In this document: positions 55,279 through 63,942 of the stretch, one piece after another
Numbering within the stretch: position 1 is the stretch's first letter
Layout: every line of letters begins with the position of its first letter
From: a virus
Strand: one strand, 5' to 3'
Length of the DNA: 64,000 nucleotides
IMG/VR virus record: IMGVR_UViG_3300029121_000001
Notes under the pieces: model-generated
Databases searched by the model: none
What the model saw: only the letters and a program-made list of their open reading frames with translations
Told to the model about the DNA's origin: nothing
Position numbers and translations under genes: made by a program

Positions 55279-55330
55279 AGTTGGAAACCTCCTATATAAT
55301 AAGTAATTATATAAAAGTGCTTCATCTAGT

Positions 55331-55369
55331 AAAAAATAAAGAGGGATTGGAGTTAAATCCAATCCCTCT
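55331..55369 (-). terminator. intrinsic terminator
   Basis: Hairpin AGAGGGATTGG/CCAATCCCTCT, then TTTATTTTTT on the minus strand. Confidence 0.7.
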
Positions 55370-55376
55370 TTAATTG

Positions 55377-55790
55377 TCAACTAATCATGAAGTAACAAAG
55401 TTCAATGAAACTCTCAACATCTGAGAGCTTTGAAGTTACTTTATGAGGAAATACTCTAGGAGTATCAATAAACCCTTTATAGAGATCATTGATAATGCAG
55501 CAATAATCATTAATTGCATACATGATCTGGCATTTCATAATGCCGATGATTTCCATTTTAGGAATTTTATATTCCTTTACGTATTTCTCATACTGGACTT
55601 CTGGCGAAGCCCCAATCATAGATTGGGTTTCTTCACCGTTATAAACGCGATAAATTTCAAATCGCGTTCCTGTGAATTTTAACATCCCCTGATAGATCTT
55701 CTTGGTTGCAGAATGAGTAGAATAAACATTAATCTCAACCATAGGAAGCTCACTATCTTTATGGACTTTTTCAACGACCAAATGATTCAT
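55377..55790 (-). CDS. hypothetical protein
   Basis: Start trimmed to MNHLVVEK (ATG 55790, 1 nt after the upstream stop). Confidence 0.45.
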   Translation of the reverse strand: MNHLVVEKVHKDSELPMVEINVYSTHSATKKIYQGMLKFTGTRFEIYRVYNGEETQSMIGASPEVQYEKYVKEYKIPKMEIIGIMKCQIMYAINDYCCIINDLYKGFIDTPRVFPHKVTSKLSDVESFIELCYFMIS

Positions 55791-55791
55791 T

Positions 55792-56748
55792 TTATTCTTT
55801 AGCCTCTTCTTTCTTCTCAGGAATTTCAAATTCATTATGGTGCTTGATAAAGAACTGTTTTGCAGTTTTCTTATCATTAAAAGTTGCCATAAATCCACCA
55901 GGATGGCAGAAGGTCATTCCAGACTCAGAATGAAGTTCCTCGAAATTGGGGCTCTTGATAGAAAGTCCACGATACTTATTAGGGAACAACTTCTTGTTTA
56001 CTCCATCGGTATCTTTTGCTGCAATGACATTGTATTTGCCAATGTCACGATTAGATGGAGAACCATAGAATTCAAGCCCATCAACGTCGCTCATGAATTT
56101 GCCAATAGGAGCGTAATAGTCAAGATATACAACTCCATATTCGATATCTTGAGCGTTCTCCAGAACTGCCTTGGCTCTGTAATCGGATCTAATACGTTCA
56201 AGCTTATAGCTTAACGTATCCTTAGCTTTAGAGATTGCCAAAGCAACTCGAATATTGATATTGGGATCAGGACAATCCCATGTCGGATTCATACAACTGA
56301 TTTCATCACTGATACCATTATATGCACCAGTGTTATCAGTATAATCAATTGTCTTAACCCACTTATCAAATTCCTGATATTCGTAATCGTTCAAGAATCC
56401 ATCATGAAATTCTCGAACGATTAGTCCAAATGCAGCATAAGGACTGCCATCAGGACGACGCTGCTTAAGCTCCTCTCTAAAGTGATGATCAAAACGACCA
56501 CCGCCTACATCGTAGACGAGGTAGCCGTTCTGCTCTGTCATTTCATCAGAAATGACGTTCTTCCTTTCCCATTTGGGGAAAGGAATTCCAAGCCAATCAT
56601 AGACCAGCATAAGATATGCTGATGCGAAAACTTCATCAGCATGGAATACACCGCTATGGAATATAATGTGATCATACTTTTCAAGTTTGCTCTTAAGGAT
56701 AAGAGCTTCATTAGAAAGTGAATAATCGATAAGTGCACTGTTGTTCAT
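55792..56748 (-). CDS. MYG1/UPF0160-family (DHH-superfamily) metal-dependent hydrolase
   Basis: IIFHSGVFHADEVFASAYL (cf. MYG1 THxGxFHxDEALA) and YDVGGGRFDHHF (cf. DVGGxYDxxxxRYDHHQ). Confidence 0.6.
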   Translation of the reverse strand: MNNSALIDYSLSNEALILKSKLEKYDHIIFHSGVFHADEVFASAYLMLVYDWLGIPFPKWERKNVISDEMTEQNGYLVYDVGGGRFDHHFREELKQRRPDGSPYAAFGLIVREFHDGFLNDYEYQEFDKWVKTIDYTDNTGAYNGISDEISCMNPTWDCPDPNINIRVALAISKAKDTLSYKLERIRSDYRAKAVLENAQDIEYGVVYLDYYAPIGKFMSDVDGLEFYGSPSNRDIGKYNVIAAKDTDGVNKKLFPNKYRGLSIKSPNFEELHSESGMTFCHPGGFMATFNDKKTAKQFFIKHHNEFEIPEKKEEAKE

Positions 56749-56762
56749 AATACAATCTCCTT

Positions 56763-57350
56763 TTAATTGTCAATATTTTTCTTAATGGTGATAGTTACTT
56801 CACCACTGAAGCCATTGCTTTTCAGCATCTTTACAATATCGTCTGTATCGATGTTGAAACTTACCTCCATGCTCATGGAATTGATGTGAATATTGCCGTT
56901 TGTTTTTTCTTCTTTCTTGACACTATTCTTATACTCCACACCAAAGTCCTTATAAAACTGCTCAATGCTTTCTTTGGCTGTTTTATAAGGGTTGCCAGAT
57001 TTGCCGATGGGAATAATGTTTCCTAGATCAATATTGATCTTATAGAAAGTTTTGTAACAGCAATGCATCATATTGGCAATAGCAGCCACAGTGACAGAAG
57101 GATATTTATTAATAATACCAGTGAGATATTTAATTTGAATATCCTTAGGCCAATGGATAAAGTCTGCATACGATACTTTCCTATCCATAGAATATGTTTT
57201 GCAAACCCCCTCTTCATCAGTAATCCTGAAGGTGCGATTGTACTTCCTCTTCTGTCGAGGAAGAGATTGACGCTTTTCCTTGGTGTCCTCGAAAAATTCT
57301 TCGCGAGGAGTGATATCGAAAGTTCCTTTGCCGATAGTTTTGTTGTCCAT
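56763..57350 (-). CDS. hypothetical protein
   Basis: ORF track. SD AAGGAGG. Confidence 0.5.
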   Translation of the reverse strand: MDNKTIGKGTFDITPREEFFEDTKEKRQSLPRQKRKYNRTFRITDEEGVCKTYSMDRKVSYADFIHWPKDIQIKYLTGIINKYPSVTVAAIANMMHCCYKTFYKINIDLGNIIPIGKSGNPYKTAKESIEQFYKDFGVEYKNSVKKEEKTNGNIHINSMSMEVSFNIDTDDIVKMLKSNGFSGEVTITIKKNIDN

Positions 57351-57417
57351 AATATTGGACCTCCTTTAAATAAAATATAGAATACTTCTGATAAGGAAAT
57401 CATTTATCCTCATCATT

Positions 57418-57429
57418 GTTATAATACCT
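57418..57429 (-). promoter_or_regulatory. promoter-like motif AGGTATTATAACAATG
   Basis: Minus strand reads AAATAGGTATTATAACAATGATG, upstream of 56763..57350. Confidence 0.35.
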
Positions 57430-57449
57430 ATTTGAATTTAAGTATTGTA

Positions 57450-57485
57450 AAAAAAAATAAAGGGATAGACGAAAAGTCTATCCCT
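57450..57485 (-). terminator. intrinsic terminator
   Basis: Hairpin AGGGATAGAC/GTCTATCCCT, then TTTATTTTTTTTT on the minus strand. Confidence 0.7.
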
Positions 57486-57495
57486 TTCTTAAAAT

Positions 57496-59318
57496 TTACA
57501 TTCGAACAGAATTAGAGAAGTTTGCTCTCTTTGCACCGAATTGGCCAATACCAGCAGACGATGCAGGGAAATTACCAAGATTATCAGAAATGATCTGTTC
57601 ATAATCAATCAATTTTCTCAACCAATCAGGAACAGGAAGATCTTTAGGTAGTGCAATAGTATCAAGCTTTCCTTTGAAAACTTTATTAATTGTTCTACCT
57701 TCTACTAATCCTGTATTATTAAGATCAATCAATTCACAGATCTTTACATACTGCATTGGATAATCTTCTCTAATAGTTTCCAAGGTATATTTATCAACTT
57801 TAACCTTGATTACATCAATGGCATTTCTATCATTCAAATCAAATCCAGGAAGATCACACTTGATATAATTCCATGCCATTGCTGCTTTAACACCTTGAAT
57901 TCTAGTAGGATCATCATAGTTATCCATAGACTTAATAGTTGCAGGCTTGTAATATTTCTTAGATCCGGAAACAAGATCATTATAAATGGTCTTTTCAAGA
58001 ATAGCAATGTCTTTGATCAACTTCAATTGATCAATAGAATCTCCAGTAAGCATATCTTCAAGAAGAATCTTTTTCAATGCTTTCTGGGTATCTTTAGAAG
58101 TAGAAGATTTAGTTAGACAATCAATACCCTTGACATCCAATACGCCACTTCCAAGATAATTGCCTTCCTGCAGAATCTGAAGACTTGCATAATGTTTCTT
58201 TGCATCTGTCAACATGATTCGAGACATATAGAACTCATTCTTCATGTTGATCTTACATTTATCAGCTCCTCTAAAAGATTTAGATTCCTTAGTAAAATCA
58301 ATCATATACTGATTAATTACAGAAGAGAGAATATAACACATGATATTGATCAATGCAAATTTTACATTATCCTGAGGAATAATCTTCGTAGCATCAATCA
58401 TTCTCTTTTGCTCAATAATCTCTTCATTAAAGAAATCATAATCTTTTTTATTTTCCAGAAATTCAATAGCTGCTAATTCATCAGGGTTTGCAATGTCACC
58501 AAAACTATCAGTTTTTAAGAAACTTATTGCAACCTGTTTATCTACAGCATTATACCAATCTGGGGTTTCTGTATCTTTCCAGAAATAATCTTCTTTCTTC
58601 TTTTCAGCTTCTAGATACTTAAATACATCAATCTGTTGATGCATAATAGGACAGTCATAATTCTGAAGATACTGGATATTATAATTATACCAAGCATCCA
58701 AAGAAATGAAAGACGAGTCAGTATCAGATACAATAGATACTGTCTTAATCATTTCTTTATTTCTAATCATTCTATCCATATATTGATGACAGTAGAAGAC
58801 ATATTCCATCAATAGATCACGAAGCTGATCAAGATATCCGATTATTTCTTTCGGAGGTTTAGCAGGTTCAATATAAGGAGTTTTCATTCCAGTAATAATC
58901 TTTATCATCAAATCTCTTGCAATAGGCAAGTCCATAAAACAATAAAGATTATTCTTATAGAACAATCTATTCAATTCAATCTGATTACAATTTTGAATAA
59001 TTCTCCATACAGTTTCCATATCCTGTTCTGTAGGAACATATTTAAAACCACAATTTAGAATGATCTTATTAAAACATTCATCTGGAGAAATAAAACCATT
59101 AAATCCAAGAACTTCATAATCATTATATTTCCAGTCATTTCCCTCCATTCTTACATTGTCAATAAAGATGAGAACATCATTAAGACTTCCAAACTTAACA
59201 TTGTTCCCAAGGAATCCTTCAAAGCAAAGAATTGCAGAACTAATTAGAGATCTACCGATAGATGTTACAGAAGGTGCAATGTTGAGGTCGAACAAAATCG
59301 ATACATACAAACCAACCA
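57496..59318 (-). CDS. family B DNA polymerase, exon 3 (palm/thumb)
   Basis: After splicing it reads ..IYG/LVGLYVSILFDLNIAPSVTSIGR (cf. RB69 [26 protein letters not shown]). Motif C is VSIVSDTDSSF and the KKxY motif is DAKKHYASL. The track N-terminus MINSNELREDFV is intron sequence. Confidence 0.8.
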
Positions 59319-59653
59319 CAAAATCTTCACGTAGCTCGTTGGAGTTAATCAATGGATTAATCCTCTCTTCTACGCAGTTCTCTTATGAACTTCTCTAGGT
59401 GTTGCCTAGAAGTTGTGACTATATAATAGTCTATATAAATTATTTTATATAGACCCAGGATTTTCGAATTAAACGGTCTTACGTTTACAAGACAGCCGTC
59501 CCCACTTGGGGCCTACTCCTCTTAAGAGGATAGTCGATAAGCGTCTCTTATGATTTCTCATAAGCTTTCGCAATTGATTAGAGCCGTAGCCCTTTCCCAA
59601 TTTTAACCCTTGTTATCATTCTTGACTCACATCAAGAAGGGGCAGTTTAGTTT
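59319..59653 (-). ncRNA. group I intron B in the DNA polymerase gene (no ORF)
   Basis: Minus-strand core CUUAUCGACUAUCC and UAUAUAGUCAC (P7 GACUA/UAGUC), preceded by a P8 hairpin. P1 is exon GGGU with GCCC, including U.G. P10 is exon-3 GGUU with AACU. Ends in G. The 3' hairpins are shared with intron A, with compensatory changes. Confidence 0.65.
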
Positions 59654-59663
59654 ACCCGTATAT
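59654..59663 (-). CDS. family B DNA polymerase, 10-nt micro-exon (AUAUACGGGU, encoding I-Y-G)
   Basis: This is the only way to restore motif B: ..QALDKIDVNG-IYG-LVG.., matching KxxxN(S/G)xYG. Bounded by an intron-terminal G (59664) and an exon-terminal U (59654). Confidence 0.55.
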
Positions 59664-60042
59664 CGCAATATTCATGTAAGTCGTTGATATTATCTCTCAC
59701 TTACACAGTTCTCTAATGAACTTCCCTAGATTATCTCTAGGATACTAGACTATATCACTACCATATCATATTTCTATGACTTAGGTACACCAGATTTCGA
59801 GACTCACTTGAGCTCTACAACTAGTCGTTGAACCTATTAGAGAATTATTTCTCTAAGCTGGATGCTGATTGTCTATTTTGGTTTAAAAATACTTAGGCTT
59901 ACTATCACCATATATCATCCTAATTATTATTTCTGCTTTCGCTCTAATATCTACACATATTAGCAATTAGGCTTTAAGACTTCCCAGCAATTTCTTGGTG
60001 TTACCATTTGACCGTTTCCAGCCTAATGGGGCTATATAGTTA
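59664..60042 (-). ncRNA. group I intron A in the DNA polymerase gene (no ORF)
   Basis: Minus-strand core GGUUCAACGACUAGUUG and GAUAUAGUCUAG (P7 GACUA/UAGUC). P1 is exon GGU with GCC. P10 is micro-exon AUAUA with UAUAU just 5' of the guide. Ends in G. Confidence 0.65.
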
Positions 60043-60483
60043 ACCATTTACATCTATCTTGTCCAAAGCTTGTAATAGATTATATTTCTCAAATTGTTCT
60101 GATCCTTTAGGATATTTAAACATTTCCTTTTTATGAATTTTTCGAAGGTCTAGGAAGTTTTGAATGACTCTCGCCATAGGATTAGGAACTACATCATGTC
60201 TTCTAAACATAGTTCCATAACTTGTCAGAATTGGTTCTCTTCGTGCAATATAATCAATCAACTCTAGCATTGTTAGTTGAGGATCAGAGTTTGTATAATT
60301 ATTTTTTACAGTCAGAGTAAAATTCTGAAATCGCTTAGCTATCGAATATTCTACACCAGCATAAATGTCTCTAATATCCATTTCTGGATGAATAGAGTGA
60401 ATTATTCTAGACATAGTATCTCGATAATGCATAAGCATCTCGTGATCTTTCGGATTTACTGTTCCATTAATGTCTCTTATCAT
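60043..60483 (-). CDS. family B DNA polymerase, exon 1 (fingers region); begins a separate cistron
   Basis: ..NPMARVIQNFLDLRKIHKKEM.. and ..YNLLQALDKIDVNG align with RB69 [10 protein letters not shown]. Start trimmed to ATG 60483 (SD AAGGAG). No exonuclease motifs or motif A (DxxSLYPS) upstream in this window. Confidence 0.7.
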
Positions 60484-60528
60484 TCCATATAGTTCTCCTT
60501 TCAAAATGTTATATTACTAAAATATTGA

Positions 60529-60554
60529 CCCAGAGGTAACTTTATACCTCTGGG
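60529..60554 (-). terminator. intrinsic terminator (hairpin)
   Basis: CCCAGAGGTA/TACCTCTGGG hairpin between 60572..61054 and the polymerase cistron. Confidence 0.5.
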
Positions 60555-60571
60555 CCGATATTCAAGTCAAG

Positions 60572-61054
60572 TTAACAATTGGGACACTCATTGCAACATC
60601 CAGGACAGGTATTATCAAATTCAGTAGGTATAAAAGGATTCTTTGTATAGATTCCAAACATTTCACCGAATTCGATTACCTTGTTCTTTAGACCAGCATA
60701 AGGGATCTGATCTACTTCTACAGGATTGTAAGTAATAATCAGATTAGGTGCACCTTGCTGATCAGGATCGAATTTAAACTGACCAGAGAAAGATCTGCAG
60801 AGTTTATAAGAATTCTCTACAATATTCTTGTTCAGTTCTTCATCGAATTTTTCTTTATAGAAGTCTCTCAGATTGATATAATGAAGATATGGCATAAAAA
60901 TCTGAAACTTTTCAAGTATGGACATTTGATCCCATCCAGATAGAAGCCAATCCCATCTATCAAGAGCATCATTCTTATAAGTATCGTCAGTTACAACGGT
61001 AGTGTTAGAAGATGAGCATGAGCAATCATCTTCGCGTTCGATGTAATTAGCCAT
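60572..61054 (-). CDS. hypothetical protein with Cys-rich C-terminus
   Basis: Start trimmed to MANYIERED (ATG 61054, overlapping the upstream gene by 8 nt). Ends ..NTCPGCCNECPNC. Confidence 0.45.
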   Translation of the reverse strand: MANYIEREDDCSCSSSNTTVVTDDTYKNDALDRWDWLLSGWDQMSILEKFQIFMPYLHYINLRDFYKEKFDEELNKNIVENSYKLCRSFSGQFKFDPDQQGAPNLIITYNPVEVDQIPYAGLKNKVIEFGEMFGIYTKNPFIPTEFDNTCPGCCNECPNC

Positions 61055-61508
61055 TCTTCTTTTCTTCCATAACAGTCTTGTAGCCCTCACCGTTGGTGTC
61101 AACCCATTTTAGCAGAGCAGGATAGTTCTTCATCATATTCTCAATACGCTCATGAAGTTCCTTCTTAAAAGTAGTCTTCATACGCTCATGGAAATACAGA
61201 ACACGAATGTTCATACGATCATCGGAGATATACTTATTCATACGGCCATTGGCAATATCAATGATGATATCATTGAGACGAGAAACAGAACGAGTCTCGT
61301 CTGCGCTATATCCCTTTTCACCGTTCAGATAAGCAAGCAGATCACGCATAGCGATCTTGTGAACACTTGCATCAGAGATCTTCTTCTCAAGGAAATCACA
61401 AGTTGCTTCAATGATCTCAACACTCTTAGTCTGGAAAGCTAGCTTCTCAGCCTTAATCTTTGCATATTCTTCATTGGACATACGAGGCTTACCGTTGTAA
61501 TTGTTCAT
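61047..61508 (-). CDS. hypothetical protein
   Basis: ORF track. SD AAAGGA. Confidence 0.5.
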   Translation of the reverse strand: MNNYNGKPRMSNEEYAKIKAEKLAFQTKSVEIIEATCDFLEKKISDASVHKIAMRDLLAYLNGEKGYSADETRSVSRLNDIIIDIANGRMNKYISDDRMNIRVLYFHERMKTTFKKELHERIENMMKNYPALLKWVDTNGEGYKTVMEEKKNG

Positions 61509-61622
61509 AACTTTATTATCCTTTCTAAATTAAAAAGAGAGCTTTCTACTCTCATTGATTAATATAAAGTATACAAAATTATCAATTATAAATGTAACTT
61601 TACATTTTTTATAATTGAACTA

Positions 61623-61635
61623 TTTTATAATACCT
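61623..61635 (-). promoter_or_regulatory. promoter-like motif AGGTATTATAAAA
   Basis: Minus strand reads TGAGGTATTATAAAATAG, in the divergent intergenic region. Confidence 0.3.
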
Positions 61636-61641
61636 CATAAT

Positions 61642-61656
61642 AGAGATTATAAAATG
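61642..61656 (+). promoter_or_regulatory. promoter-like motif AGAGATTATAAAATG (plus strand)
   Basis: The same motif family, read on the plus strand about 80 nt upstream of 61737..62186. Confidence 0.3.
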
Positions 61657-61680
61657 AGGATGGAGAGCTCGATCTATCAT

Positions 61681-61693
61681 TTTTATAATATCT
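61681..61693 (-). promoter_or_regulatory. promoter-like motif AGATATTATAAAA
   Basis: Minus strand reads ATAGATATTATAAAAATGAT. Confidence 0.3.
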
Positions 61694-61736
61694 ATCTATT
61701 ATGAAAATTCTACATGTAGAAAGGACTTATATTATT

Positions 61737-62186
61737 ATGGGCATTTATTCTGAAAACGGATATAACGATGAATTTGGAATCGATATGGATGCTCTGGTTG
61801 AAGCATTCTTGGTTGATGATCTGACTCATCATTATAGTAATAATGTTATCCAGGAGTTCTGCGCTCCTAATGGTGTTGGCGAATCTCTGCTTGAAGCTAA
61901 GGTTCTGTCTAATAAGCGTACTATGGTTCGTCTGTCTAAGGCAACTGACCTGCAGCGTCGTAAGACTATTGCTGCTATCATGATGGCTAAGGCTAAGAAC
62001 GATCCTCTGTATAAGAAGCTTGTTAAGTATCAGCTGCTTCGTAAGCAGACTCGTGCAAAGATTATGGAGAAGTATGGTAATAAGGCTGCTCGTGCTGCTA
62101 CGATTGCTCAGAAGCAGTATCTGAAGACCATGAGAAATGTTAACCTGACTAACACCAGCTTTATTACTGCTGATCCTAATCGTTAA
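61737..62186 (+). CDS. hypothetical protein, G+C-rich codon usage (probably highly expressed)
   Basis: Start trimmed to MGIYSENG (ATG 61737, SD GAAAGGA). CTG/CGT/GCT-rich codons unlike the neighbours. Lys/Ala-rich helical C-terminal half. Confidence 0.55.
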   Translation: MGIYSENGYNDEFGIDMDALVEAFLVDDLTHHYSNNVIQEFCAPNGVGESLLEAKVLSNKRTMVRLSKATDLQRRKTIAAIMMAKAKNDPLYKKLVKYQLLRKQTRAKIMEKYGNKAARAATIAQKQYLKTMRNVNLTNTSFITADPNR

Positions 62187-62229
62187 TTAAGTCATTATCT
62201 CATAGTCGAGATTCCTTTTCTTTCTATAT

Positions 62230-62262
62230 ACCCGGTAGGGCAATAGCTCTACCGGGTATTTT
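62230..62262 (+). terminator. intrinsic terminator
   Basis: Hairpin ACCCGGTAG/CTACCGGGT, then ATTTTT on the plus strand. Confidence 0.65.
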
Positions 62263-62300
62263 TAACTTCATAATAAAAATATTCAAGGAGGTTAAGTATC

Positions 62301-62609
62301 ATGCATGTACCTAATCCGCTAGGATCATATCCTCTAGTTCTAAGAAGCAAAGATGCAGCAAATCCTAGAAATAATGAGCTAATGTATGATTACGTTAGCA
62401 ATGATTTATATTTTGTGAATAATGGCAAAAAAGATAAACTTGCTAAAGATATATATGATAAAATGATTAGATCTAAAATTGAAAATGCAAATATTATTGT
62501 ATGCAAAAGCGATAAAGAAGGAACTGAATCTACTGCTCCAGATATTAAAAATCGTGAAATGAATTATTGGTATATAAATATACAAAGCAGATCAAATGCT
62601 GTAGGATAA
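62301..62609 (+). CDS. hypothetical protein
   Basis: ORF track. SD AAGGAGG. Confidence 0.5.
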   Translation: MHVPNPLGSYPLVLRSKDAANPRNNELMYDYVSNDLYFVNNGKKDKLAKDIYDKMIRSKIENANIIVCKSDKEGTESTAPDIKNREMNYWYINIQSRSNAVG

Positions 62610-62617
62610 ATAAAAAT

Positions 62618-62643
62618 GGAGAAGGATTTAGAAATCCTTCTCC
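62618..62643. terminator. bidirectional terminator between convergent genes
   Basis: Hairpin GGAGAAGGAT/ATCCTTCTCC. Confidence 0.6.
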
Positions 62644-62650
62644 TATAATT

Positions 62651-63280
62651 TTAACTAATTGTAATACTAAATACTCCATTAGATTGAGAATGCCTTGCTT
62701 TTAGTATTCTGGTAGAAGTAGCAAGATCCACTTTACCAAATCTAGATTTATAGACAATATTATTGTCCCTTGTTCTAATAACACAACAAGGGCTTTTATC
62801 ACATACCTTAATAGCTTCTTCTTTATTAGGAGTTTTTATAATGATTTCACCATTACGAGTATTTTGCACACTATACATTTCTACAGGTTTAATATTTCTT
62901 TTATTGAATTCATCAACTTTGTGAAGATATGTAGTAAGAATAGCTGTAATATCTGCTAATAGAAAATCACAAGTATCAGAAATAATAATATTTCTATCTG
63001 CATTTTCAGAATACCAAATACTATCTTTTACAGCTACAATTTCTTTTCTCTTTGTGAAATTAAGAATTCCTTGAATAAAATCTTTATCCTGTTGAGTAGG
63101 AACAGCAATGTCACAATCAGCCAGATGAGTATAAACCACATATAATTGGCAATTGTTAATTCTTGCTTTAACTTCTGACATAGTATTTCCAAAGATTACA
63201 TCAACAGGATATGTATTAATCTTCTTTGGAATATCAAAATTTGTATGATTGTTATAAAAGAATATCTTGATATGCTTCAT
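62651..63280 (-). CDS. hypothetical protein
   Basis: ORF track. SD AAAGGA. Confidence 0.5.
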   Translation of the reverse strand: MKHIKIFFYNNHTNFDIPKKINTYPVDVIFGNTMSEVKARINNCQLYVVYTHLADCDIAVPTQQDKDFIQGILNFTKRKEIVAVKDSIWYSENADRNIIISDTCDFLLADITAILTTYLHKVDEFNKRNIKPVEMYSVQNTRNGEIIIKTPNKEEAIKVCDKSPCCVIRTRDNNIVYKSRFGKVDLATSTRILKARHSQSNGVFSITIS

Positions 63281-63294
63281 CTTAATATCCTTTC

Positions 63295-63942
63295 TTATTG
63301 ATTGATATTAATATATCCAAGAATATAACTAGGATTCTTCTTAATCATATGCTGTGTAGCAGTAATCTTTGCACGACCATTTACAATAGTCTCATCATAA
63401 AAATAGAATCTACCAGAAATCTGCTTAAAATACATTTTATCAGAAGCATTTCTATATACAGGAGTATTATGAAGATCAATAACTCTACCCTGGAAAGGAT
63501 GGATAACATCTTTAACACCAGGAATATTTGTAGGCATTGTAACAGGTTTTACTTCTTCTTTCTTAATCCAAGGATCTTCAAATAGTTCTCCATCGTCATC
63601 GATATAAATCTTATATCCTTCATGTTCTAGAGCCTTTGATTTAGCAGCTTCATAGTTAGGACTTGCAAAGATCTGAGTATCAGGCTTGTCCCAATCAAGA
63701 CGAACACGATACATATGAGAAACATATTCTTCAGCAGAAATAGATTGTACAGCTGATTGAGGAGCTCTATTGCTACGTTTCTTTCTAGACATATTTTCTT
63801 TAACCTCATTATCCCAATCATATAGCTTCGCATTCTCAATAATACTTACACATGTATTAAAGAAATAAGAAGTTGTTGTATACATAAATTCTTTTACGAA
63901 TCCAAGTCTACTAAGTTTATTAATAGTATTTTTATAATCCAT
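63295..63942 (-). CDS. hypothetical protein (start uncertain)
   Basis: ORF track. The frame stays open with no stop from 63943 to the window end, so the gene may start beyond nt 64000. Confidence 0.4.
   Translation of the reverse strand: MDYKNTINKLSRLGFVKEFMYTTTSYFFNTCVSIIENAKLYDWDNEVKENMSRKKRSNRAPQSAVQSISAEEYVSHMYRVRLDWDKPDTQIFASPNYEAAKSKALEHEGYKIYIDDDGELFEDPWIKKEEVKPVTMPTNIPGVKDVIHPFQGRVIDLHNTPVYRNASDKMYFKQISGRFYFYDETIVNGRAKITATQHMIKKNPSYILGYININQ

Noticed and set aside
59319-59352. N-terminus MINSNELREDFV of ORF 57496..59352
   Set aside because: It starts at a TTG inside intron B. The segment forms a conserved hairpin that is shared with intron A through compensatory changes, and it replaces the invariant NSxYG residues with unrelated ones.
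61593-61604. Palindrome TGTAACTTTACA as an operator in the divergent intergenic region
   Set aside because: It has only 5-bp arms in very AT-rich DNA, occurs once, and cannot be told apart from chance.
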